A stretch of 63,644 nucleotides of DNA, filler included, from Reticulomyxa filosa (GCA_000512085.1; 19 parts of 19 records of this genome joined end to end with filler, not necessarily neighbours in it), one strand, 5' to 3'. Shown: positions 1 to 13,549, counted from the whole stretch's first letter. Program-made: numbers and translations. Notes: generated from the sequence alone by a model not told the origin.

Positions 1-25
1 TGTCTTAATGAAGAGTGAAAGGGTT

Positions 26-60
<35 letters not shown>

Positions 61-97
61 CCTTTAAAAAAAAAAAAAAAAAATGGATCATTATTAG

Positions 98-2832
98 CTG
101 GGAGCAGACAAAAACAAAGTATGTGTGGCAATGATAAATGGGGTAATGACACGAAGAGATTTAATGAAATGGCTTCATGTAAACTTTTCTGGAGGGAAGA
201 TTATAAAAATTGAGTTTGACTATTTACGTTGTCAGGAATGTTCAACCGATGCATTTGTGCATGTAAGCAACCGCAAAATCATTGGCGAAATTTTGCAAGA
301 GTTTCAAAAAATGCCAGAAAAATATAAGATTTACAATAAATGTGTATATATTCGAAGCCTGCAGAGCGGTGTCCGCGTTGGAGAAAAATGCTACAAATAT
401 CCATCTTCGTGGGAGGATTACTGTGGCCATTACAAACATCTGGCACAGTCAGAAAACCTCTTTGGCATAGTTGCATCCCCCAATAGCCGCGAAGAATTGG
501 CCAAAGGACTATCCTTATCTTCCATTGCCGCGCCAAAGTTTCGAATAAATCTGAGTCGATCCAACAGTACCACAGACGAAATTCTTGATATTTCCAAGCC
601 TCCATTCAATGGTCCGGTCGAACGTTTGGCTGATAATGACGGACTATCACTGAACGTTAGTCATGGCCATGACAACAACGGCGTCAACGGAGAGTATCAG
701 GATAACAACAATGGCAATAACTACAACAGCGAAGAAAAGAGACCAGACACTGGCACAAACGGATTTTCGACTAGTACCAACGATACGGACAACAGAGTAA
801 TACAATCGGGTGGTGTATTGGAAGAAGAAAAAGAAAGAGAACCAAGCAGCTCCTCTCAAATTTCTTTGAACGGAAGAGGGGATGTAATGCAAAGTATGGC
901 GTCGTCACAATCCCTTGGTGGGGTTCATAATAGACGAGTTAAGTGGATTGGTTGACGGAAACATTAACTATATCATTATAGTGAATCCTATATTGTCATA
1001 CAGTTTATTTACTTTTGTTTTGTTTGTAGCAAGAAAAATCAGGAACACAGCCTATGGAGATATTGGTTCAAAGACTTAAATCTCTTGTGCAAAAAATTTT
1101 GAGTGCAGAAGAAGATTTAGAACAAAAACTCTCATTGCTGGGAGTGGTTGGGAGTGGGATCAATTTGGATGATGATGGCATTTTGAATGAAAAATATCGT
1201 CGAATGCTCTCCTCACAAAATCAAGATGAGATGAAAATCTATGAAGCCAGTTCCAACCTCGGCCCTCTCAACAACGGCAATAGTCCAAGAAATTCAGACG
1301 ACAAAAATGACACACAAGATGCATTTGAGAAACAACTGACCATGTTTATGAAAGACAAAGACTTACAAATTGAATCTTTGAAAGACACACTATCACAAAT
1401 GCGTAAAGATCAACAACAATTTCAAGTCTACCGAAAAGCTTTACAAGCATTCCAACATGTTCGTTTTGATCATTTTTCTCTTTGTGTATTCGTTTGCTCT
1501 CATCATAGTATTGGATTTTTTTTTTTCGTGTGTATATGTATATGTGTGTGTGTGCCGTTATCCTTTCTCTCCATACCGACTCTCTCCATATGCATTGATA
1601 TGTGGGCCTGTGGACGTAGTCACAATCACGGATAATGCACAAAACTCTGCAAGATTTAAAACCTCTGGCAGAAAAGGAAACACATTTGCTCAAGGATGTC
1701 GGCGTTTTGCAAGATGAAATTGCAAAACTGCAAAAGCAGTTAAAAGCTTTGTGTCAACAAGAACAAACAATATTAAAAGAAATGGACATGGTCCGACGGC
1801 AAAAAACAATGTTACAAGAAAATGTCACCTCTATTCGATGCAAGTTAGAGCCGGTCACCAAATGCTTGATTTCGATCAATGCCCCTGCAGTGTTGGCCAA
1901 AGATATTACTAATAGTAATGGTTCGGTTCACAGGAATGGAAGTATTGACAACAACAGTGACCAAAGCTTCTTCAGTACCTTGGCTCAGGTATGAATTTGC
2001 AAACACGAATAACTGCAGATAGAAAAATTTAATTTGTTTTTTTCAGAGAAAAATTCCCAACGAAAAAAGGCTGAACGAATTAGAACAACATGTTACGTCA
2101 AAAGAAACTAAGTTAAATTATTGGATGCGATGGGACGAATGGAGTTTAGAAGAAGTGATGCGATGGGTAATGGATTTAGAAAATGGAAGATTTTTAAAAT
2201 ATACAAACCATTTGCAAGGATTAAACCGTATTTCAGAGGGATCTATTTTAACTGCAATTACTGATGTCACATTGCAACTACTGGGTATTGACAATCCCAA
2301 AGATCGTAGCGATATTTTACATCATGTTAACACTTTGAAGAAAAGAACAAAGTTGCTACATGATGCAGTTATTGATACTTGATCCCTTTCTTTTGCGTCC
2401 TCTCCTCCAAATGTACAAATTTTGCTTTAAAAACAACAAAAATAGACAATGCAACGCAAAGGCAATTTAAGAAAGGTTTTAGATTTAAAATTGAGCCAAA
2501 GTAATTCCTCTCTCAAGCATGACCTGTACCGGGCCAGAAGCGCGACTTCCCCATTGTCTCCTCTGTCAATGTCAAGTTCTCAAGATCTACTTAACGAAAC
2601 TAGGGAAAGCATAGGCGCAAAGTCTATGACAGAGGAAGATGAAGAAGAAAACTTATGTGTAATCTGTTTGGATCACAAATGTGGCCCTTTTGCTTGTGTT
2701 CCTTGTGGGCATCAGTGCCTGTGTGAAGTCTGCAAAGATATTATTTTGGACAATAAACAAGCACAACCACCAGCTCGTTGTCCTATTTGCAACGACAACA
2801 TTACAATGATTATTAAATTGTTCCGAGTGTGA
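98..2832 (+). CDS. 5'-partial multi-exon RING E3 ligase: RRM-like region, coiled coil, SAM, C3HC4 RING
   Basis: Phase-0 GT-AG introns 938-1029, 1459-1619, 1989-2046 and 2368-2445 join five ORFs. SAM signature WSLEEVMRWV...LQLLGIDNPKDRSDIL. C-terminal CVICLD...PCGHQCLCEVC...CPICN. Confidence 0.8.
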
Positions 2833-3852
2833 TTTTATCTATTGTTTCATTTATTCATGGGACTAAAAAATTCTTTGATGCTTTTATTTGAACATGATTT
2901 TTTTTCTCCTCTTTCTAAAATTTTTAAACTTCAAAAGGTTTTACTTTCTCCCACAAATTCAATTGATAAAAATTCAAAATTTGACAAAAACTACACTAAC
3001 TTGAAAAACAAAGTTGTACAACGTCACAAAATTAAATTGGAAATCCCGCATTTTCGGGCTTTGTTGCACCGCCTTCTCAAATCACGGGCAAGTTACCTAT
3101 TTACACATAATTCTCACTTTTTATGATAGTTCAATCATATGTAATAAAACAAAAAAAAATACTGCTCAAGATTAGCATGGCAGTAATCATAATAACACAA
3201 CACAAGAAGACGGGAAAGATGACACGTATTCCCGCTTCTTGTCGCTAGCCATTTTACAATAGCTAACGAATGTTGTATTATTCTGTCATAAGAAGGAGCT
3301 CCAGTTGTCATCATTGCAAAAAAAAAACAAAATAAGACAAAAAAAGAAAACAAAACTGGCTTTGAAAAACTGCTTCATCTGAAAAACGAGCATTTATATA
3401 TGGATAAGAAAACATTTAACAACGTACGAAAGACAAACAAGGAAACACTAATCAAAATAAAATCCCCCTTTTGTAGGTCAGCTAAATTTGCCACAAAATT
3501 GTCTTTTTCATAATTTTCATTTGTCCGAAATTACAAAGGCTATTAAAAAGTCTAATTCACAAAGTACTTGTCCAATCTAGCAGAAATTGATAATTTGAAT
3601 TTTCGTTATTACAAATTTAGTTTGATGAACATACCACAACCAAGTTCGTAGTTTGTAACTTTTACAAATTCAAAGAACAATTAAATAGCGATTTTGTCAA
3701 ATAAAAAAGAAAAAAAAAAGTAAATACAATTCAACCAATTGGTAAAAAAATGTCAAAATCTATCTTTTTGTCAAATTACTCTGTGTTAAAACAACAAAAG
3801 AAGAGCGTTTTTGAGTTGCAACAATAACCCTGAAAGTGTAAACTGGCAATGA

Positions 3853-5167
3853 TTACATCCTATAAAAAAGAAGTTCAAAAATAAGTTCGCGTGATTGATA
3901 GAAAGAGAAGAAAAAGGTATAAATTGTGTAAAAAGATGAACACATATGATAATGTTGTATATGGATTGGTACAAGCAATACAGCAACCTGATCGAATTTC
4001 CGGGGGTTGTATTTTTTCGAGGATTCTGTTTGCCAGTATTGTTCGAGTTGTTGGAGCTAGTGCAACTGTTGCTGCGATTGTCATTGGTACGACTATCATC
4101 TATTTGTTGTATTTTCCTGCGTTTCGAAGGGGGCATTAAAGAGGAGCCGTTGCTGGTGGAACATGTCTTGTCCTTGTTGGAGGATGCCTCTGATTGAGGT
4201 AACGAGCCGGTATCCACTGAAGTACTAGTGTTGTTGGGAACAACATTTTCCACTGTTTCTTGGAATTGATGATACATTTCCAGCATTCTGTAAGAAAAGC
4301 AAGATATTGCATTCGATAGTAGTTCCAACATTCAACAGTTAAAGTGTACAAGTTTTTTTAACAACTTTGTTTAATGTAGATAATATAAATATAAACTTTC
4401 TTTTCCATTGTGTTTCTGTCACTTGTTTGTCGTGTTCATATTCATCAAGTAAACTTTGTTTCTCTCTCTCGTACTTATGTGTCAATACTGCAATCTCTTC
4501 CTTGTGCGACTTTTGCAAATGTGCAATTTGCAACTTCAAATGCGTTGCTTCGTACTCCTTGTTATGCGCACTCACGTCTTTGCGTTTGATGGTTGCATCA
4601 CAACCATATCTTTGCCATTCCACACATTTCACCAGTGTATTTGGACACTCGGCTGATTGATGGGTTGACAGTTGCGACAACATTCCCGTCCACTCTTCGC
4701 AAACCGTGCAACGTACACGTTCGTTTTCTATTTCTCGGTCCAAAAATTTGCTGCGGTGAACACACTGCCATTTGATCGCAGTCCGACAATGTGGGCATGA
4801 CTGATTTGCTACTTTCTACTTTTTTTTTTTGTTATTGTTGCTGTTACTTTTTTTGCTGACTATGCAAATATACTTTTTTTTGTATTTATTCAAAAAAATT
4901 ATGACTATTCCAACCTTTGGGTTCGTATCAAGCGCTCGATACACGCATGACAAAAGAGATGGCCACATCTGTTTTTGATTCATTCATTATTGTTGTTATT
5001 CGTATTAATTCAATCCTTTTTGTCGTCTTCATGATTTTGAGAAGTATTTTGTTTTTTTTTTTGCATAACTCCGTTTCACACACATTCTTGGCAACTTCTT
5101 GACATACTACACAAATGTATTTTTCTGCGATTTCTTTAGAAACAAAAAGATCGAGATGATAACCCAT
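3853..5167 (-). CDS. TRAF-like RING plus TRAF-type zinc-finger protein (multi-exon)
   Basis: Spliced RING CVVCQEV...ECGHLFCHACI...SCPHCR, followed by zf-TRAF-like WTGMLSQLSTHQSAECPNTLVKC...GCDATIKRKDVSAH and a coiled coil. The 3' end is approximate and one junction near 4810-4860 has an uncertain frame in homopolymers. Confidence 0.75.
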
Positions 5168-5499
5168 TTAAATACTCTTCTTTTCTCCAATTAGCTTAAA
5201 AATGAGGTACAGTTATCCTCCTTTTTAATGCTCAAGTCAACTTTTGTTTTAAGGAAAAGTTTGTGTCAAATGATGATTTCATTTTTATCTATTTTATAGT
5301 ACCTCTTTCGTCATGTACATTTCCTTTATTAAAGATTTAAAATAAAAATGAAAGAAATATTATCATACCCATTCAAGGATGTATTTGTCGTGAAATGATT
5401 TTTTAAAATGAAAGTAAATCGATATTAATACACTGCTTTGGTGCTTCCTCAAAACATTTTTTTTTTTAGAAGTTTTTTCTTTAAGTGGATGTAAAAGAC

Positions 5500-6109
5500 A
5501 TGAAGTCAGGTCCGATTCTTCCAAATCTACATTTTGACAGATATCATCAAGCTCATGGTTTCGGTCTGGCATGTCTAATTGCGGCGTTAATAGGATTTAG
5601 TGCTCACGCGTGGTATTTTACGAAGCTCCAGAGATACCGCAAGGACCGATCGTATAAACCTTTCTTAAAAAAATATTTTGAGGTAAGACAGCCAAAGTTG
5701 TTGGCGACAGACCTGAGTTTCCATGTTTTTTTTTCGTTCATTAGTCCAGTGGTATGGGTCTTGGTTCCATTAGCGATACCAAGAAATGGGTCTGTGTTCT
5801 TCTTATGGTAAGTTAAAAGGTTTTACGAAAGACAATGAAACAAAGCAAACGTCTAATAATTGAACAATAGGGGAGCGATATTGGGCACAGGAATGTTTGC
5901 AATGTTGTTTGGATATTCGTTGCGCATGTGGATATTGTTTGCCCGCTTCAGCTATGCGGCCTCTCAGCTGGAAGAAATGTGGCAATCACAATTGAGTGAT
6001 AATTCCGTTTCGTGGATTTCAAAACATCCTGGTCTTATCGACTGGTCTTATACTGGCCGATTTTTTATTGTTCCTTTCACGATGCTTGGAGCTGGTTTTT
6101 TTGCCACTG
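5500..6109 (+). CDS. Multi-pass membrane protein, 3'-partial (resembles the N-terminus of 7TM/7TM-RGS-type receptors)
   Basis: Several hydrophobic helices, an RQPKLL motif after TM1 and LRMWILF...EEMW. GTAAGT intron at 5808. Runs into the contig end. Divergently oriented from the TRAF-like gene. Family assignment is tentative. Confidence 0.5.
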
Positions 6110-6121
6110 GTAAGCAAGTCT

Positions 6122-6159
<38 letters not shown>

Positions 6160-6259
6160 NNNNNNNNNNNNNNNNNNNNNNNNNNNNNNNNNNNNNNNNN
6201 NNNTTAATTAATTAANNNNNNNNNNNNNNNNNNNNNNNNNNNNNNNNNNNNNNNNNNNN
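6160..6259. other. Artificial contig-joining linker (N44-TTAATTAATTAA-N44), first of 18
   Basis: The same linker, with stops in all six frames, has its 12-mer at 6204, 8283, 11077, 12801, 16977, 19296, 20573, 27800, 29353, 30453, 32538, 34612, 38131, 40143, 49362, 50590, 60652 and 61822, defining 19 contigs. Confidence 0.98.
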
Positions 6260-8238
6260 TCGAAATTGTTCAAATCTTTCTCTTGGTATCGATAACAAAC
6301 TTGGCCGCCTTGACAACTTTAATTCTAATGTCTGGTTTCCATGTTCGATCCCCAATGATGAGATATTTCATCGACAGGGACAATACATTGATATATGGAA
6401 GCAATGTCTGGACATTTGTCCACCAATAGCGACGTAAGTCTTGATACCGCAAACATTCCATCAAGAAATGTTCGACAGTCTCTTCTTCTTCACACCAAAT
6501 ACAATCAGGAGACTCTGATCTTTGGATGTTAAACAAATAATCATTCAATCCAACTTTGCCAGTGATCAACCGACAAATGATCTTGCATTCACTAACTGTC
6601 AACGAATGCATGACAATCTTCTCAAATAATTGTGCTTCCATCAGGTTAGATAAGAAATATCGTGGCATAATATGTCTTGGATATCCACTCCTTCATGTCC
6701 AATGTCTGTTCCATTACTCTGTGAAATAGGGATTCAATCCATGATTATCCAGAAATGCAGCTGATCGGTGTTGTTGATTCAAATTTGGTTGTAATTGCGA
6801 CGCTTTCCTGCGGGCATTATTTGCAACAAGATCCACTTTATCATTACCAGGAATTCCAGAATGAACTTTAATCCAATAGATCCCTGGCAATAATTGGCAA
6901 TTTATAGATGTCAAAATCCCATTTGTTGAATGTTGCATTAATCACGAACTTGCAATCAGTCAGGATAATCACCCTTCCACAATGGAATATGTAATGGTTA
7001 CTAACATATTCCAATGCAAGCCTCATGTATCGATCTCTGAACCAATGTTTGTTGCGACTTGCATTGGTGGGACATTTGGGATTGTATGGGAATCTGGTTC
7101 AACAATCGGCACTCCAGCCTCAACCGCATGGATACATCCACGAGATAATGCTGACAATTTACCAGTCCATGAGATGTAATTTAAATGTGTCTTTGATCTC
7201 GATTCATTCCAAATCTTGTATGCCAACACAAGATTATGACCATTGAATCGACCTGACCATCTGATACACTTATTGTATAGCTTCACTTCTTGTCTTCGTC
7301 GCCATTCAAGAGGAGGAAGTTGGGAGATTACATTGACAGTGTCATAAGCAGTCTGGTTCATTAACCCAAGAATTCGACACATTGCAATTCTTTGTATCCT
7401 TTCTAATCGCCTCTCATGAGTGTCTGCCGCACCATTCCAAAATGCTGATGCATACTCGAGACTCGGACGGATGATGGTCTTGTATAATAGATTATACGTA
7501 GATAAACTTGGTCTGACCCCTTTGTATGAGCATAAGTATGTCAAATATACAATTTTCCTTGCTGCCTTGCCGTATACTAATTAACATGCTTGGAATACGT
7601 CATATGAGAATCGAGGAGCACAAGATATTTCACATGATCGCATTCCTTCAGATTTGATTGCTGTAATGTCAATTTCATCTTGGGAATTTCATTTTACTTT
7701 GATGTCTGAATGTGATACACTGCGTCTTATCAGCTACAAGTAACATCTTCCATTTATTGGACCAAATGGATACTTTATCCAGACTTTGTTGCAATAATTG
7801 TAATTGATTATCCATCTCAGTAACATTACTTGTATATATTGATATCCACAATGCCACGTCATCAGCGAACATGCCTCATTGAATAGGCTGATGAATCACT
7901 GTCTGTAGATTATTAATATATAATAGGAACAATATTGGGGATAACGCAGATCCTTGAGGAACACCAGTATTGAATTCCATCAATTCTGAATTGGTTCCAT
8001 TCAATACTACTCTTCTAAGTCTATCTGATAAGAAGCTATCAATCCACCAATACAATCTTCCATCTAATTTAAATTCATTTCTCATTTTATATCTCAATCC
8101 ATTCCTCCAAACACTATCATATGCGACAGAAATATCCAATAATACTGCATAAGTCACTGAATTGCAATCGAATGATTTGTGAATCGTTTCTGTAAATCTC
8201 AATAACAATTCCTCTGTGTTATGCCAAGATTGGAATCC
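6260..8238 (-). mobile_element. Decayed non-LTR retrotransposon (LINE) ORF2: RT, partial RNase H, C-terminal CCHC
   Basis: RT motifs GFQSWHNT, LDISVAYDSV, GVPQGSALSPILFLLYI and FADD. RNase H remnants ILTDCKFV and WIKVHSGIPGNDKVD. CIWC...ETVEHFLMEC. Broken by stops and frameshifts. Confidence 0.93.
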
Positions 8239-8338
8239 NNNNNNNNNNNNNNNNNNNNNNNNNNNNNNNNNNNNNNNNNNNNTTAATTAATTAANNNNNN
8301 NNNNNNNNNNNNNNNNNNNNNNNNNNNNNNNNNNNNNN

Positions 8339-8690
8339 CAAATTCACCTGATTCAAATTCAATTGAAAATCTTTGGTGGATATTAAGACAATGATTCACA
8401 AAAAAGGACCTTTAATACCACTGAAGAAACTTGGAACTAATTCGAAACAGAATATGAAAAAATGGAAACAAATATTTGAATTAAATTTTAAAAAAAATCT
8501 TATCATAAGCACAAAATTTTTTTTAAAGTAAATGAAAGATTAAATTTTTGAAAAAATTGTAAAGACTTAATAAAAAACCAAAATGATATTTTTAAAAAAA
8601 ATTTTGATTAAATGTTGTTTTTTCATGTAGAAACACAATCATCTCTATAAGGTGGCATTTTAGTTGTCAACTTTCTTTTTTATTTTACTG
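8339..8690 (+). mobile_element. Tc1/mariner remnant: transposase C-terminus and right TIR
   Basis: 8341 translates NSPDSNSIENLWWI (cf. the Tc1 SPDLNPIE motif). Ends GGTGGCATTTTAGTTGTCAACTTTCTTTTTTATTTTACTG followed by TA at 8691-8692. Confidence 0.8.
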
Positions 8691-9231
8691 TATTTCACGG
8701 CATCCAACATTGACTAGGTGGAGTAACAGCAATAATAAAAAGATATATAATTATTATTCCAGAAACAATACAATGTCGCAAGGATTTTTTTTTTGTTTGC
8801 TGCATTAACAACGAAAATTCAAGTCTATTTGATAATTATTTTTTTTTAGTAAACTAACAAATAAAAAAAATCATACTTCAAATTGTACTTGCCAAATTTC
8901 TAATAGATTTTTTCTGTACATATAATACTGATTAAAAACTGCATCATCTTATGCCAAACACAAAAGATTAACAGTATTGTAGCAAAAAAACAAATAGTCA
9001 TTAAACTTTTTTTGCTTATTTTGCATGACTAATTGCCCGTTTAATTTTTTATTGAAATATTACATTTGAAAAATTTTTTTCAACATACATTTTTTTTTAT
9101 AATTAGCCAATGAAATCTTTGTTTGAAAAAAAAAACCTTGAAACAAAAATTATTTTAAAAGAAAACAAGTATTTCCTTTCCAAGTAGAGTATTAAACTAG
9201 ACGATGTGAATATCATATTATACTTACATTA

Positions 9232-9429
9232 TTTTCAGACAACTATAATGTAATTTTTAGTATTAAATGAACGGTGGACCCCCGGTAGGTTAAAACCTTA
9301 TTCAAACGCAACTTGCTTTCGTCTTGTTGTTTTTTTAATCGTTTTCCTTATTGTGTTGTAATTATTTGTTGTTAATTTAATCCTTTTTACTGAAACTGAT
9401 TTTTGTAACTAAATTCCTTTATTATTACA
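9232..9429 (+). repeat. LTR-like repeat family, copy D (5' end degenerate)
   Basis: About 85 bp (9242-9325) align to the reverse complement of 10533-10616. Shares the GAACGG...TAGGTTAAA core, T-rich tract and TATTACA end with copies A-C. Confidence 0.6.
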
Positions 9430-10440
9430 CTTAGTCCACATCACTATCACTTCATTTGTCACCAACTTATATTGAACAAACCAGTTAATGCAAGAACAAT
9501 TTGGAAACGATGTGACAACTGATGTGTTAAGTGAAATAACAAACTGTCATTATATGTTACATAAAATCGAAAAAATTGGACAACGAGTGAAAGATAATGA
9601 TCGACAAGGTCGAATTAATCAACGAAATCGATAGAAATTGCAAATAAACAAGATATGATGTCAACTCAAAACAGTTTTGGGAAAACTATTGCGGAAAACA
9701 GTAGTGTTAGTCATATTTAGCTGCTGAAAATGATGAAAAATCGTTGAAGCAACAAGTAATTATGCTACAAAAGCATGCTGAAGTACTAACAAAATCTTGG
9801 AACAAAAGGTACTAATATGTCTGGAACAAAAAGTAAATACAACATTGACAATAAATATGTTTCGAAAATTGAACAAAGTGAATATTATGTAGTACCGATA
9901 TTGAGCGAAAGGCTTTATGTCGGATAGACAATTATTGTAACGATGACATGTACCTCGAGAAATCTGACTAAAACGCGACAAAGTTTGCTTTAGAATCAAC
10001 AAACTGTTTTCGTTAAATTTTTGATAAAAGCTTTAATAATTTTCCAAGATGGAGAATGTAATTTTTTGATTGGATACATATAAGTTACCAGATCGTTTCT
10101 GTCTAAGGTATGTCTTGTACCAATGCTTGTCAGTTGAATTACAATAAATTATGATATAGCAAAATTTGAAAGACTTTAATGAAATGATGTCATTGATTTG
10201 GAAAACGTTTTGATGTAAACACTATGTCAGCTATAGAACGGAAGAATTGTTTCGATTCACTATAAAATTTCGATAAGACTAGCAGATATATTGTTATGAT
10301 TGAAGCAAGCAAAATTCACGCTAAAATTAGAATTGGATTACGCTATATAATGTAACGTTCCTACAAGAAAGATGTTGAAACCTTGTGATTATATATTGAT
10401 TGAAGCTGTTGGATTCATTAAATAGTATTGTGACTATATT

Positions 10441-10627
10441 TGTATTAACCAAAATCCAACATTAGAAGAAACTGAATCTACATTAGATATGCACAAGATC
10501 ACTTAGACGAAGAGACCAAATCCAGATACAGTAGACTAAAGCAAGTTATGTTTGAAGAATGTTTTAACACACAGTGGTCCCACTGTTCCTTTAATACTTA
10601 AAATTGAATTATAGTGACTTTCCTACA
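10441..10627 (-). repeat. LTR-like repeat family, copy E
   Basis: On the minus strand it starts TGTAGGAAAGTCACTATAA (cf. copy C TGTAGGGCAAGTCCCTATTA) and ends GTTAATACA. 187 bp. Confidence 0.65.
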
Positions 10628-12433
10628 AGATGATCAATACTGTTTTAAACTCAATACTAATTATCGTGATCAACTTTAAGTTTTTTCCCAAGTAAATTGA
10701 TAATTGTATTATTTTTGTAATGACTATTTTGAATGATCATAAGTTAAAAAGAAGGAAGGACGAAATTTAGTGAAACTTGAATGAAAAGAAAAAAAGATAT
10801 AAAAAGGATGAGTTGACATATTGTGATATGAAAATGAATAAACTTGATTTAATTTGATTTTTCCCCTTTTTTTTTTTTTTCCAAATAAAAATAGACAAAG
10901 TTTCTCATATACAATAATTAATCCAAAAAAAAAAAAAAAGGAATGATTAAAAGTTTTGAAAATGAATACTTACTGCTTATGAAACCTTTGATGTAAAGAT
11001 TGCAAAAGCAAGAAGATGTGGATTTGATTTGANNNNNNNNNNNNNNNNNNNNNNNNNNNNNNNNNNNNNNNNNNNNTTAATTAATTAANNNNNNNNNNNN
11101 NNNNNNNNNNNNNNNNNNNNNNNNNNNNNNNNCAATTTTTTTTTTTTTTTTATTTTTTTTTATTTTTATTGTTATTTTTATTTGGTGCAATCCAAGGGCT
11201 ACTCGCAAACTGATTTGTGTTTCTTTGATAAAATTCTGATTGTTTTTTGTGTGCGTGTGTTGTTTAGTTGTACAGCGTTATGTGATGCTATTGTTTTTTG
11301 TTTGTTTGTTTTTTTTTTTTTTTTTTGCAAGACTTCTTTAAAATGACAAAGTTTCATGAAGCTATACATCCACTTAGGTCTTGCGCTTGATGGCTTGTTC
11401 AGGCTGTTCTTTCTATTTTGCTTTCCCTTTAGCTTTTGTACCTTATCTTGGCAAAAATAGGATTCTTGTGAATAAACAATAATCCAAGAAATAATTTGTC
11501 TGCTTTTTAGAATGTTTTTTTTTTTAAGTCAATTTCACTTGCCTTTCAACCGTTTTATAACATAACATTTCTTATTGCTTTTTTATTCTGGAGGTATCGT
11601 CGGATTTTTTCTTTCTCAAGTATTTGTAGATTTTTTTGGATCGCGACAACCGGTTACGTGCAAAAATAGTACGTACCAAAAAATGCGGGGATCAAACGTA
11701 CTACGGGCTACGTCGTCATAATACTTTTGCAATTGTATAAAAATTGTGATATTGATCGTGCTACGTCAAACTATTTTCAGTCTCTGAAAATGTCAAATAT
11801 ATAATACTACAAAATGTCAAAAGAGATATTATTTTCTATTACTTCCATGCTGGTTTTTTGCGATTTACAATGCTTATGCTACACAATAATTTCATCAAAA
11901 GTGAAAAGTAAAACTATCTTCACAAACAATCTCTGTTAAAAATCTCCAAAGAAAACTATTGTTATGCTTTTTGCATCTATAGCTCTAAGTTTTGATCTTT
12001 TTTATTTTTATGAGAATGTATTGTTTAAACTCGGATCGAGACCGAAGTGCCAAAATCAATACAAAATGGAAATGAAGAAAGAGAAAGCAACGTGTGTGCT
12101 TCAAATGGTAAAATGATAAATAATTCATTACACTGCTCCTTCACTTTACTTTTACATTTTCCTAACTTCTTTCTGCATTGTGCGAAGATTGCTCTTTTCG
12201 AAACCCAAAAAAAAGCATAGATTTACTTCCTTTTTTTCCTTCTCTCATTTGAGTATTTCCAACAAATAATTGTTCTTTTTTTTCTTCTGTGGCCCAAGTG
12301 CTCCTCTCTTGGCCCCTTTTGTGTCAAACTCTCCCCTTCCTGTGGTTGATGTCGTTCAAATGGGGGACCATTTTTTTCTTGTCTCACCTTTTGTATTCTC
12401 TGTCCCGACAAGCCGACAAAATTGTTTTCGAAA

Positions 12434-12702
12434 ATGAACTCCTTTTCGTTTGGGCGGAAGAATCTTTATGTTGCTACAACAGTGTGCGTGTTGCTCTCGT
12501 TATCTTGGCTTGTGTGGCCCCTTGTTTTTGAGCAAGCAATTGCAGTAGTGCCACAACAAGCCCCAAGTCCTGTGTTGACTCTTCACTTTGTGAAAACGAG
12601 TATTCCAGAGGCAGTGCAAACACAAACTGTCACAAAATCCCCTCATCAAGAGAACAATAAAGCAAAAGAGGTTGTCACCGTGATGATATGTTCATACGAA
12701 AA
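12434..12702 (+). CDS. Type II membrane protein, first exon; possibly a glycosyltransferase (GT64/exostosin-like)
   Basis: Short cytoplasmic tail, TM helix and stem, then EVVTVMICSYEK, which resembles a GT-A first beta strand. GTTTCG donor, then the contig end. Confidence 0.35.
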
Positions 12703-12916
12703 GTTTCGAATGCTTTTTTTTTTTTTTTTTTTTTTTTTCCTTTTTTTTTTTTTTTTNNNNNNNNNNNNNNNNNNNNNNNNNNNNNNNNNNNNNNNNNNNN
12801 TTAATTAATTAANNNNNNNNNNNNNNNNNNNNNNNNNNNNNNNNNNNNNNNNNNNNGTAAATCGTAAAAAATTATAAAATAGTTAAAATAAAAAAAAAAA
12901 TAAACAATGAATTAAT

Positions 12917-13097
12917 GCAAATTCATCGATTTAAATTCAATTGAAAATCTTTGTTGGATAGTAACGACAATGATTCACAAAAAAAGACCATTTACTACCA
13001 CTGAAGAAATTTGGAACCAATTCGAAACAAAATGGGAAAAAATTGAAACAAATATAAGGTGGCATTTTAGGTGTCAACTTTCTTTTTTATCTTACTG
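12917..13097 (+). mobile_element. Tc1/mariner remnant, internally deleted, with right TIR
   Basis: DLNSIENLCWI...TTEEIWNQFETKWEKIE is homologous to 8341-8476. It is joined directly to the TIR ...TCAACTTTCTTTTTTATCTTACTG followed by TA. Confidence 0.8.
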
Positions 13098-13549
13098 TAG
13101 TTTGATTACGCAATCAAATGTGACTCTCGAGCAAAGACTAATATATTTAAAGAAAGTTTTTATAATGTAACAAACGTATAATATAACTTCATACTATCAC
13201 GTAGAATATTGAGATAATAAGTATATGTTACGACTGGATAACGAAAGATTTGAAGATTATCAATCTGACGCAATATTAGAAGTGCAATATCTGGAATAGT
13301 AATCTGAAAGCGATGATATAAATTACAAGTATGAAAAATTATAACTAAAAGACAGTTAACAATGCAGTCAAATATCCAATTGCAAATATTTCTAATGTTG
13401 GAATTGACATGGATAGTAAATTCAAAGTCAACAATATCAATATCAAAATAATAGACTACAAAGATAATCACAAAATAGAATATTATTAACTCATATAACA
13501 CAAAAATCAAATGTAACATTGATAGATTTATCAATAAAAAAAATAGTAA

